Shown here piece after piece: positions 55,201-64,000 of a stretch of 64,000 bases of DNA. The DNA is from Escherichia coli (GTDB taxonomy: Bacteria; Pseudomonadota; Gammaproteobacteria; Enterobacterales; Enterobacteriaceae): NCBI RefSeq assembly GCF_001677475.2, contig NZ_CP015229.1; one strand, written 5' to 3'. The notes under the pieces are model-generated. The model saw only the letters and a list, made by a program, of their open reading frames with translations, was not told the DNA's origin and made no database searches. A program made the translations under genes and the position numbers. Numbering within the stretch: position 1 is the stretch's first letter; each line of letters starts with the position of its first letter.

Positions 55201-56028
55201 CGCCTGAAAGACTTACCTAAACCCAATAAAAGCGATGATGAATCACAGGCGAACGATGCTGTTAACCGCTACAAATTGCTGAAAAAAGATGCGCGTACCG
55301 TCGCCGCCCAGCAGGTAGCAAGGCTGGAATCCGCCATGTGCCTGCGCCGCCGCTGGTCGCCGGAAAACTTTCAGCTCTTCCTGGTTGAGCATCCGCTGGT
55401 TCGTCACTTAACCCGCCGTCTGATTTGGGGCGTTTATAGCGCCGAAAACGAGCTACTGGCTTGCTTTCGCGTGGCGGAAGATAACAGCTACAGCACCACA
55501 GACGATGATCTTTTCACCCTGCCGGAAGGCGATATCTCTGTTGGTATTCCTCACGTTCTGGAAATATCACCCACGGATGCCGCTGCCTTTGGTCAGCTTT
55601 TTGCCGACTACGAACTGTTACCGCCGTTCCGCCAGCTTGACCGCAACAGTTACGCGCTGACAGAAGCCGAACGCAACGCCAGTGAACTGTCCCGCTGGGC
55701 CGGCAGAAAATGTCCGAGCGGTCGAGTAATGGGGCTGGCGAATAAAGGCTGGATGCGTGGTGAACCGCAGGACGGTGGCTGGATCAGCTGGATGATCAAA
55801 CCTCTGGGCCGCTGGTCGTTAATTATGGAAATCGATGAAGGTTTTGCGGTCGGCATGTCGCCAGCCGAACTGAGTGCCGAGCAACTCTTAAGCAAGGTGT
55901 GGCTATGGAAAGGCAAAGCAGAAAACTATGGCTGGAGGAGTTATTCAACACAGGAAGCGCAGTTCTCCGTACTCGATGACATCACCGCCAGCGAGCTGAT
56001 TAGCGATATTGAATCTCTGTTTGAATAA
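52267..56028 (+). CDS. Giant WGR-domain/DUF4132-type protein, paralog 2, 1253 aa
   Basis: Uninterrupted 1253-aa ORF 12 nt downstream of paralog 1, with near-identical N-terminal WGR segment and conserved C-terminal region. Confidence 0.75.
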   Translation: MKTYIYQDEKSHKFWAVEQQDNELHISWGKVGTNGQSQVKSFADAAAAEKAELKLIAEKTKKGYVEEVSVITPTSVPVQVIECPEIAPLPQDKPVFVGDNLPWLADDAQIILPTEVAPTTLSHRRWPGDPVPQENELTLLRSVAANTHRRFKKVITFDYSTCSLDWQQAITQAVGLIDSPISTTLPPMVLAVLVALEQGFNRNDHEELMDQIVQEGGLEYATEVVIALQFIRFDWDYDAHLITFTPDDRQPGYLLRFASVEMRLRKHFSLANDDVWQRCADKLIAALGNMPAWHQPLVALLLPEKPEVAHEIARHFCGQKGLYALEWLKLTVTDAQVLADLEKYYPGQPGQVFDDYYGGNIWCATALQEQGVTALARFAHYATGDTCGEVLMHINHPQALTLLIHASEQGKRCHDRMTKAFVRFPHAALAALAELLAQKDEKRWRMMLMTMLISQPALAEQVTPWLSTPAVAVLKSCQQQLTQPSNHASADLLPAILVSPPWLSKKKKSVMPVLDLTPLPLESCCTLTETAEKEIHARHRWHAHQIDVGQKEDIQNYLTRLGFNRWNNGQYMKASDAVVELWQRGDYSALISEFKTFWHSYQREWQLYMLAALPIEKTAQAWNVLSKEPHVGVEFVMTHLQLAGLQGFIHSFSRYPQEALPVAQYFAAIELAPLIARAFNKLKTLRQDARTWLLKYPEHAITGLLPSALGKAGEAQDNARAALRMLTENGHQPLLQEIARRYNQPEVTDAVNALLALDPLDNHPTKIPTLPAFYQPSLWTRPVLKANAQSLPDSALLRLGEMLRFPQEEALYPGLLQVKAACTADSLAEFAWDLFTAWQTAGAPSKESWAFTALGVLGNDDTARKLTPLIRAWPGESQHKRATVGLDILAAIGSDIALMQLNGIAQKLKFKALQERAKEKIADIAESRELTVAELEDRLAPDLGLDDNGSLLLDFGPRQFAVSFDETLKPFVRDVSGSRLKDLPKPNKSDDESQANDAVNRYKLLKKDARTVAAQQVARLESAMCLRRRWSPENFQLFLVEHPLVRHLTRRLIWGVYSAENELLACFRVAEDNSYSTTDDDLFTLPEGDISVGIPHVLEISPTDAAAFGQLFADYELLPPFRQLDRNSYALTEAERNASELSRWAGRKCPSGRVMGLANKGWMRGEPQDGGWISWMIKPLGRWSLIMEIDEGFAVGMSPAELSAEQLLSKVWLWKGKAENYGWRSYSTQEAQFSVLDDITASELISDIESLFE

Positions 56029-56037
56029 GGAAATAAC

Positions 56038-59000
56038 ATGAACAAGGAATTACCGTGGCTGGCGGATAACGCACAACTGGAACTGAAATATAAAAAAGGC
56101 AAAACGCCGCTCAGCCATCGCAGTTGGCCGGGCGAACCGGTGCCTGTTATTACTGAAAGCCTCATCCAGACACTGGGTGATGAATTGCTACAAAAAGCTG
56201 AGAAGAAAAAAAACATTATCTGGCGTTATGAAAATTTTTCACTGGAGTAGCAGTCCGCCATCACGGAAGCCATCAACTTGATTGGCGAACACAAACCCTC
56301 AATTCCGGCACGGACAATGGCGGCGCTAGTCTGTATCGCGCAAAAGGACAGCCAACAGTTGCTCGACGAAATCGTCCAACAAGAGGGACTGGAATATGCG
56401 ACTGAGGTGGTGATTGCACGCCAGTTTATTACACGATGTTATGAGAGTGATCCTCTGCTAGTGACATTGCAGTATCAGAACGAGGACTATGGCTATGGTT
56501 ATCGCTCAGAAACCTATAACGAATTCGATCTGCGACTGCGTAAGCATCTCTCTCTGGCAGAGGAAAGCTGCTGGCAGCGTTGCGCCGACAAACTCATTGC
56601 CGCACTGCCAGGAATACCCAAAATTCGCCGTCCTTTTATTGCGCTGGTCCTCCCGGAAAAACCAGAAATAGCCAATGAGTTGGTAGGTCTTGAATGCCCG
56701 CGGACTCATTTTCATTCTAAGGAGTGGTTAAAAGCTGTTGCTACTGCCCCCCGGGCGGTGAGAAAACTCGAACACTACTGGAGCCAGGATATATTTAGCG
56801 ATCGCGAAGCCAGCTACATGTCGCATGAAAACCGCTTCGGGTACGCGGCCTGCGCCGCCCTTTTGCGTGAACAAGGACTGGCAGCCGTTCCGCGCCTGGC
56901 AATGTATGCCCATAGAGAGGATTGCGGAAGCCTGCTGGTACAAATTAACCATCCGCAGGTCATCCGCACCTTGCTGTTAGTTGCTGATAAAAACAAACCC
57001 AGCCTGCAACGTGTGGCTAAATACAGTAAAAATTTCCCCCACGCGACACTCGCCGCACTGGCAGAACTGCTGGCGCTAAAAGAACCACCTGCGCGTCCTG
57101 GTTATCCAATCATCGAAGACAAAAAGCTGCCTGCACAGCAAAAAGCACGTGATGAATACTGGCGTACGCTGTTACAAACGCTGATGGCATCGCAGCCACA
57201 ACTGGCAGAAGAGGTGATGCCGTGGTTAAGTACTCAAGCCCGGTCAGTGCTGAATAGTTATTTATCGGCACCGCCTAAAACGGTTATTGATAGCACCGAT
57301 AACAGCCAAATGCCTGAAATCCTCGTTTCACCACCGTGGCGTAGTAAGAAAAAAATGACAGTTCCACGTCTTGATTTGGCACCGTTCGAATTAACGCCGC
57401 AAGTTTACTGGAAACCAGGCGAACGAGAGAGGCTTGCCGCCACTGAGTCTGCCCGTTATTTCAGTACGGAATCTCTTGCGGAACGCATGGAACATAAAAG
57501 TGGACGAGTTGTACTACAGGAGCTGGGTTTTGGAGATGATGTATGGCTGTTTTTGAATTATATACTCCCCGGAAAACTGGATGCTGCACGCAATTCACTC
57601 ATTGTTCAGTGGCATTACTACCCAGGGCGGGTTGAAGAGATCATGAATGGCTGGAGCTCCCCGGAAGCTCAATTAGCAGAACAGGCGCTTCGCAGCGGTC
57701 ACGTAGAAGTGTTAATTAACATATGGGAAAATGACAGCTACTCACGCTATCGTCGGGAAAAGAGTATCTGGAACCTGTATTTATTGGCGCAGTTGCCGCG
57801 TGAGATGGCTTTGACTTTCTGGCTACGTATCAATGAGAAAAAGCATCTGTCTGCGGGTGAGGACTATTTTCTCAGTATCTTCGGATTGGATGCTCTACTA
57901 GGTCTGCTGTTGGCTTTTTCACATCGTCCAAAAGAAACATTTCCGTTAATTTTAAATTTCGGCGCAACCGAACTAGCCCTGCCCGTTGCCCGCGTCTGGC
58001 GACGTTTCGCGGCGCAGCGTGATCTGGCCCGCCAGTGGATTTTACAATGGCCGGAACATACGGCTACTGCACTTATCCCTCTTGTCTTCACCAAATCCAG
58101 CGATAATAGCGAAGCTGCATTACTTGCCCTGCGTTTACTTTACGAACAGGGACATGGCGAGTTACTGCAAACCGTGGCAAACCGCTGGCAGCGTACAGAT
58201 GTATGGCCTGCCCTGGAGCAATTACTTAAACAGAGTCCAATAGAGATTTACCCGACACGCATTCCAAAAGCCCCTGATTTCTGGCAGCCGGCAATGTGGT
58301 CCAGGCCGCGCCTTATCACGAATAATCAACCTGTTACTGATGACGCTCTGGAAATTATCGGCGAAATGCTGCGCTTTACCCAGGGCGGACGTTTTTATAG
58401 CGGACTGGAACAGCTGAAAACGTTTTGCCAGCCGCAAACGCTGGCAGCCTTTGCCTGGGATCTTTTCACCGCGTGGCAACAAGCTGGTGCTCCCGCAAAA
58501 GACAACTGGGCATTTCTGGCGTTAAGTCTCTTTGGCGACGAAAGCACGGCACGGGATCTGACGACACAGATCCTTGCCTGGCCACAGGAAGGCAAATCTG
58601 CCCGTGCTGTCAGTGGTCTGAATATACTTACTCAGATGAATAATGATATGGCACTGATACAGTTGCATCATATATCGCAACGGGCGAAATCCCGCCCCTT
58701 ACGTGATAACGCGGCGGAATTTCTTCAGGTGGTCGCAGAAAATCGCGGGCTAAGCCAGGAACAGTTAGCGGACAGATTAGTCCCAACACTGGGTCTTGAT
58801 GATCCGCAGGCGTTGATTTTTGATTTTGGTCCACGGCAATTTACCGTTCGCTTCGATGAAAACCTTAACCCGGTTATCTTTGATCAGCAAAACGTTCGCC
58901 AGAAAAGCGTTCCCCGGTTGCGCGCCGATGACGATCAACTGAAAGCACCCGAGGCACTGGCCCGACTAAAAGGGCTAAAAAAAGATGCCACTCAGGTGAG

Positions 59001-59670
59001 CAAAAACCTGCTCCCGCGTCTTGAAACTGCCCTGCGCACCACCCGACGCTGGTCGCTGGCAGATTTTCATTCTCTGTTTGTTAATCATCCCTTTACCCGC
59101 CTGGTTACTCGGCGATTGATATGGGGTGTTTATCCGGCAAATGAACCGCGTCGTTTACTCAACGCCTTTCGTGTGGCCGCTGAGGGGGAGTTCTGCAATG
59201 CGCAAGATGAGCCAATTGACCTGCCTGCCGATGCTCTGATTGGCATTGCCCACCCGTTAGAAATGGCAGCAGAAATGCGCAGTGAATTTGCACAGCTTTT
59301 TGCCGATTACGAAATTATGCCGCCTTTTCGCCAGTTGGCACGGCGCACAGTGCTGCTCACGCCTGACGAGTCAGCCAGTAATAGTTTGAATCGCTGGGAA
59401 GGTAAATCTGCTACCGTTGGGCAACTTATGGGAATGCGATACAAAGGCTGGGAGTCAGGCTATGAGAACGCATTTGTCTATGACCTGGGCGAGTACCGGC
59501 TGGTCCTTAAGTTTTCATCCGGTTTTAACCACTACAATGTTGATAGCAAAGCGCTAATGAGCTTCCGTTCTCTTCATGTATACCGTGAGAATAAATCTGT
59601 CACTTTTGCCGAACTTGATGTGTTTGATTTGAGTGAAGCGTTAAGCGCACCCGACGTTATTTTCCATTAA
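56038..59670 (+). pseudogene. yehI: yehI-like DUF4132 paralog 3 with in-frame amber codon at 56248..56250
   Basis: Track ORFs 56038..56250 and 56278..59670 are in the same frame, separated only by TAG (..ENFSLE*QSAITEAINLIGEH..). The full span is 1210 codons plus stop. Lacks the WGR N-terminal module of paralogs 1 and 2. Confidence 0.75.
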
Positions 59671-59730
59671 AACACAGCGGGCAGTGATGCGACTGCCCGT
59701 TATTAACACGACCTGCCACCGGGAAAAGCG

Positions 59731-60051
59731 ATGATCGTGCAAAAAGAGCTGGTCACTATTTACGATTATGAGGCCCCTGTACCTGAAGAGCCGTTTTCCT
59801 TCAGGCTTGAGATCCATAAACGCTCTGAATTATTTACAGGTTCCGTCTATCGACTGGAACGATTCCGGCTACGTCCAACATTTCATCAACGTGATCGAGA
59901 AGATGTCGACCCGCTAATAAATGATGCGTTGATTTATATAAGAGATGAGTTTATTGATGAGCGAAAATTACGAGGTGAATCACCTGAAACTGTAATAGCA
60001 ATTTTTAATCGCGAACTACAAAATATATTCAACCAACAAATAGAAAAATAG
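59731..60051 (+). CDS. yehK: Small protein YehK
   Basis: 106-aa ORF; position after yehI matches the gene order as I recall it. Confidence 0.7.
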   Translation: MIVQKELVTIYDYEAPVPEEPFSFRLEIHKRSELFTGSVYRLERFRLRPTFHQRDREDVDPLINDALIYIRDEFIDERKLRGESPETVIAIFNRELQNIFNQQIEK

Positions 60052-60104
60052 CTTTATTAAAGGGGGAAACGGTATTCCCCCTTAGATGCGTTTCAATTTG
60101 CCCG

Positions 60105-60194
60105 TTACTTCAACAAATCAATCAACCGTAACAGAGCCACTAATAGCTCCAGTACAGCAATGAGCACGGTTAACTTTTGTGTCAGCGTGTCCAT
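60105..60194 (-). CDS. Candidate 29-aa hydrophobic/amphipathic peptide (MDTLTQKLTVLIAVLELLVALLRLIDLLK)
   Basis: Minus-strand ATG at 60194 preceded by AAGGAG with 5-nt spacing; 29 codons then TAA. Not in the track (below 60 aa). Composition resembles small membrane peptides and type I toxins. Confidence 0.4.
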   Translation of the reverse strand: MDTLTQKLTVLIAVLELLVALLRLIDLLK

Positions 60195-60490
60195 CCGCTC
60201 TCCTTATTAAGGAGCGCAATACCAGCACCTTACCCTTACACTGCCTGTCGATACTGGTTTACGTATGTTGGACCACGATGTTGCACTCCGGATCAGGGCA
60301 CCACCTGCAGCACCACCCGTCCGGTAGCCAGGACTTAAAATTGGTCCGATCCGGCGCAACGTCCCAACCGTCTGGATTATAAATCTCATTATCTTAATTG
60401 CAACGGGGTCCACCGATGGTTATAATTCGTTCGTTGGAACACGATGTTGCACAGGCTGCGGTGTTGGGCCTGAAAATAGTAAATAAAAGA

Positions 60491-60516
60491 ACCTGCCTCA
60501 CCAGCAGGTTTTTTTA
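60491..60516 (+). terminator. Rho-independent terminator on the plus strand upstream of yehL
   Basis: Stem acctgc/gcaggt with 7-nt loop followed by ttttttt (60510-60516); implies a plus-strand transcript ending here with no annotated gene. Confidence 0.6.
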
Positions 60517-60626
60517 TTTACTGTGATCTGCTTTCCAGATATTTTTCGCTCAAACAACTAATGCGCAAAACATTTATTGCGCGTAAAATATCGTTTATTT
60601 CATTAATACATTTCAGGGATGAATAT

Positions 60627-61715
60627 ATGTCACCGCAGAATAATCATCTGCAGCGTCCGCCTGCCGCTGTGTTATACGCCGATGAACTGGCAAAATTAAA
60701 ACAAAATGATAACGCACCTTGCCCGCCAGGTTGGCAGTTAAGTTTGCCTGCGGCCCGCGCTTTTATCCTTGGCGACGAAGCGCAAAATATTAGCCGTAAA
60801 GTCGTGATCAGTCCCTCCGCTGTCGAACGCATGTTAGTCACTCTCGCTACCGGGCGCGGTTTGATGTTGGTGGGGGAACCTGGCACCGCAAAATCTCTCC
60901 TGTCTGAATTACTGGCGACCGCTATTAGCGGCGATGCCGGGTTAACCATCCAGGGCGGCGCATCTACCACCGAAGATCAAATCAAGTACGGCTGGAACTA
61001 CGCCCTGCTTATCAACCATGGTCCGTCAACGGAAGCGCTGGTCCCTGCCCCGCTTTACCAGGGAATGCGCGACGGCAAAATTGTCCGTTTTGAAGAGATA
61101 ACGCGTACACCGCTGGAAGTACAAGACTGTCTGTTAGGTATGCTTTCTGACAGGGTAATGACGGTGCCGGAACTCACTGGTGAAGCCAGTCAGCTCTATG
61201 CGCGGGAAGGCTTTAATATTATTGCCACTGCCAATACCCGCGATCGCGGCGTCAATGAAATGAGTGCTGCGCTAAAGCGTCGCTTCGATTTTGAAACTGT
61301 CTTTCCGATTATGGATTTCGCCCAGGAGCTGGAACTGGTCGCCAGTGCTTCCGCGCGTTTGCTGGCCCATAGCGGTATTCCGCATAAAGTGCCTGACGCG
61401 GTACTGGAATTACTGGTGCGCACGTTCCGCGATCTGCGTGCCAACGGCGAAAAGAAAACGTCAATGGATACACTGACAGCGATTATGTCCACCGCTGAAG
61501 CCGTTAACGTGGCCCATGCTGTGGGTGTCCGCGCCTGGTTTTTAGCGAATCGCGCGGGGGAGCCTGCCGACCTGGTGGATTGTATTGCCGGAACCATCGT
61601 CAAAGATAACGAAGAAGATCGCGCGCGTCTGCGCCGTTACTTCGAACAGCGCGTCGCCACACATAAAGAAGCTCACTGGCAGGCTTATTATCAAGCTCGC
61701 CACCGCCTGCCGTGA
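60627..61715 (+). CDS. yehL: AAA+ ATPase (MoxR-like)
   Basis: Track ORF 60561..61715; ATG at 60627 gives 362 aa starting MSPQNNHLQRPPAAVLYADELAKL; Walker A LVGEPGTAKS. Confidence 0.8.
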   Translation: MSPQNNHLQRPPAAVLYADELAKLKQNDNAPCPPGWQLSLPAARAFILGDEAQNISRKVVISPSAVERMLVTLATGRGLMLVGEPGTAKSLLSELLATAISGDAGLTIQGGASTTEDQIKYGWNYALLINHGPSTEALVPAPLYQGMRDGKIVRFEEITRTPLEVQDCLLGMLSDRVMTVPELTGEASQLYAREGFNIIATANTRDRGVNEMSAALKRRFDFETVFPIMDFAQELELVASASARLLAHSGIPHKVPDAVLELLVRTFRDLRANGEKKTSMDTLTAIMSTAEAVNVAHAVGVRAWFLANRAGEPADLVDCIAGTIVKDNEEDRARLRRYFEQRVATHKEAHWQAYYQARHRLP

Positions 61716-61725
61716 GGAAAGATGC

Positions 61726-64000
61726 ATGAGCGAGCCGTTAATTGTCGGCATCCGGCATCATAGTCCGGCCTGCGCCCGGCTGGTGAAATCGTTAATCGAA
61801 AGCCAGCGGCCACGATACGTGTTGATTGAAGGCCCGGCTGATTTTAATGACCGGGTAGACGAACTGTTGTTAGCCCACCAGCTTCCGGTAGCTATTTACA
61901 GTTATTGCCAGTATCAGGACGGTGCGGCCCCCGGGTGTGGTGCCTGGACGCCATTTGCTGAATTTTCGCCAGAGTGGCAGGCGCTACAAGCCGCACGTCG
62001 TATTCAGGCACAAACTTACTTCATCGATTTGCCTTGCTGGGCACAGAGTGAAGAAGAGGACGATTCGCCTGATACGCAAGAGGAAAGCCAGACCTTGCTG
62101 CTGCGTGCCACCCGCATGGATAACAGCGATACCCTGTGGGATCACTTGTTCGAAGATGAAAGCCAGCAAACTGCATTACCCTCTGCGCTGGTGCACTATT
62201 TTGCCCAACTGCGGGGCGACTCCCCCGGAGATGCTCTCAATCGTCAGCGTGAAGCCTTTATGGCCCGCTGGATTTCATGGGCGATGCAGCAAAATAATGG
62301 CGACGTGTTAGTTGTCTGCGGAGGCTGGCACGCTCCGGCACTGGCAAAAATGTGGCGCGAATGCCCGCAGGAAATTAACACGCCAGAATTGCCCTCGCTG
62401 GCAGATGCCGTTACAGGTTGTTATCTCACACCCTACAGTGAAAAGCGCCTTGATGTGCTGGCAGGATACCTTTCAGGAATGCCTGCCCCGGTCTGGCAAA
62501 ACTGGTGCTGGCGGTGGGGCTTGCAGCAGGCAGGTGAACAACTGCTGAAAACGGTTCTTACCCATTTGCGCCAGCACCACTTGCCTGCTTCAACAGCGGA
62601 TATGGCTGCCGCTCATCTACATGCGATGGCACTGGCACAGTTGCGTGGTCATACACTACCGTTACGCACTGACTGGCTGGATGCCATAGCAGGCTCGCTG
62701 ATTAAAGAAGCCCTGAATGCGCCGTTGCCGTGGAGCTATCGCGGCGTTATTCATCCCGATACCGATCCGATTCTGCTAACGTTGATAGACACATTAGCGG
62801 GTGACGGATTCGGTAAACTTGCCCCTTCTACGCCACAACCGCCTCTGCCAAAAGATGTCACCTGCGAACTGGAACGTACAGGAATCTCTTTTCCGGCGGA
62901 GCTTACCTTAAATCGCTTTACCCCCGATGGACTGGCGCAAAGTCAGGTGTTACATCGGCTGGCAATACTGGAGATCCCAGGGATTGTGCGCCAGCAGGGA
63001 AGTACACTGACACTTGCAGGCAACGGTGAAGAACACTGGAAATTAACCCGCCCGCTTAGCCAGCATGCGGCATTGATTGAGGCCGCATGCTTTGGTGCCA
63101 CACTCCAGGAAGCCGCACGCCATAAATTAGAAGCCGATATGCTGGACGCGGGTGGAATCGGCAGTATCACCACATGTCTTAGCCAGGCGGCGTTAGCGGG
63201 TCTGGCGTCCTTCAGTCAACAATTACTGGAGCAACTCACATTATTAATCGCCCAGGAAAATCAATTTGCCGAAATGGGCCAGGCGCTGGAAGTGCTATAT
63301 GCCTTATGGCGGCTGGATGAAATTAGCGGTATGCAAGGCGCGCAGATATTACAAACGACGTTATGCGCGGCTATCGATCGCACGCTGTGGCTGTGTGAAT
63401 CTAACGGCAGACCAGATGAAAAGGAGTTTCACGCTCACCTGCATAGCTGGCAGGCGCTTTGCCATATCCTGCGCGATCTACATAGCGGCGTTAATTTACC
63501 CGGCGTTTCTCTTTCTGCGGCGGTAGCCTTACTGGAGCGCCGCAGTCAGGCGATTCATGCCCCGGCGCTGGATCGCGGCGCGGCTCTTGGCGCACTGATG
63601 CGTCTGGAACATCCCAACGCCAGTGCCGAAGCGGCGCTGACGATGCTGGCGCAGTTATCCCCGACACAGTCCGGCGAGGCGCTGCACGGTTTGCTGGCAT
63701 TAGCCCGTCATCAACTGGCCTGTCAGCCGGCATTTATCGCCGGTTTCAGTAGTCATTTAAATCAACGGAGTGACGACGATTTTATTAACGCCCTGCCCGA
63801 TTTACGCGCGGCGATGGCCTGGCTACCACCACGAGAACGCGGGACGCTGGCGCATCAGGTGCTTGAGCATTACCAGCTCGCACAGCTTCCCGTTTCAGCG
63901 CTGCAAATGCCGTTGCATTGTCCACCGCAAGCCATTGCACATCATCAACAACTCGAACAGCAGGCACTGGCATCGCTGCAACACTGGGGAGTTTTCCATG
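61726..64000 (+). CDS. yehM: Large uncharacterised protein YehM (3' end beyond window)
   Basis: ATG at 61726, 11 nt after the yehL stop; frame 1 is open to the window end, so the gene is absent from the track. Begins MSEPLIVGIRHHSPACARLVKSLIE. Confidence 0.7.
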   Translation, partial: MSEPLIVGIRHHSPACARLVKSLIESQRPRYVLIEGPADFNDRVDELLLAHQLPVAIYSYCQYQDGAAPGCGAWTPFAEFSPEWQALQAARRIQAQTYFIDLPCWAQSEEEDDSPDTQEESQTLLLRATRMDNSDTLWDHLFEDESQQTALPSALVHYFAQLRGDSPGDALNRQREAFMARWISWAMQQNNGDVLVVCGGWHAPALAKMWRECPQEINTPELPSLADAVTGCYLTPYSEKRLDVLAGYLSGMPAPVWQNWCWRWGLQQAGEQLLKTVLTHLRQHHLPASTADMAAAHLHAMALAQLRGHTLPLRTDWLDAIAGSLIKEALNAPLPWSYRGVIHPDTDPILLTLIDTLAGDGFGKLAPSTPQPPLPKDVTCELERTGISFPAELTLNRFTPDGLAQSQVLHRLAILEIPGIVRQQGSTLTLAGNGEEHWKLTRPLSQHAALIEAACFGATLQEAARHKLEADMLDAGGIGSITTCLSQAALAGLASFSQQLLEQLTLLIAQENQFAEMGQALEVLYALWRLDEISGMQGAQILQTTLCAAIDRTLWLCESNGRPDEKEFHAHLHSWQALCHILRDLHSGVNLPGVSLSAAVALLERRSQAIHAPALDRGAALGALMRLEHPNASAEAALTMLAQLSPTQSGEALHGLLALARHQLACQPAFIAGFSSHLNQRSDDDFINALPDLRAAMAWLPPRERGTLAHQVLEHYQLAQLPVSALQMPLHCPPQAIAHHQQLEQQALASLQHWGVFH

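Noticed and set aside
56038-56250. Stand-alone 70-aa gene
   Set aside because: Same frame as the following 1130-codon ORF, separated by a single TAG, and homologous to the corresponding region of paralog 2; treated as the 5' fragment of an amber-interrupted yehI-like gene.
60207-60413. 68-aa minus-strand ORF and overlapping 67-aa plus-strand ORF between yehK and yehL
   Set aside because: No RBS, overlapping each other in a GC-rich repeat region, no recognisable protein features; more likely non-coding RNA or regulatory sequence.
60267-60452. Sigma54 (-24/-12) promoter within the 20-nt direct repeats (TGGaAC...TTGCA)
   Set aside because: The spacing between the GG and GC dinucleotides is one nucleotide longer than the strict TGGCACG-N4-TTGCW consensus, so a sigma54 promoter is unlikely.

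Overview
This window reads as a contiguous Escherichia coli chromosomal segment (dgcE' - alkA - yegD - yegI/pphC/yegL - ibs/sib repeats - mdtABCD-baeSR - yegPQ - cyaR - yegRS - gatRDCBAZY - fbaB - yegTUVWX - thiDM - rcnRAB - yehABCDE - apbC - metG - molR/yehI paralogs - yehK - yehL - yehM'). All gene names are assigned by recognition of protein sequences and gene order from memory; no database search was run. Most of the window is ordinary core genome: RND efflux with its two-component system, galactitol PTS, thiamine salvage with TPP riboswitch, Ni/Co efflux, a cryptic chaperone-usher fimbrial operon and metG. No IS elements, integrases, prophage genes or CRISPR arrays were seen. The strain appears not to be K-12: gatR is intact, there are three ibs/sib units rather than two, there is no gap for yegJ, no ogrK/yegZ remnant follows cyaR, and two intact giant molR-like genes sit where K-12 has a pseudogene (all K-12 comparisons are from memory). 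The best candidates for an undescribed system are (1) the 3' end of the window: three tandem ~1200-1280 aa WGR/DUF4132-type paralogs, the third with an in-frame amber codon, followed by yehK, an unlisted 29-aa hydrophobic peptide ORF, the AAA+ ATPase yehL and yehM; and (2) the overlapping yegL-pphC-yegI VWA/PP2C phosphatase/Ser-Thr kinase operon. Both are hypotheses from domain content and gene arrangement only.
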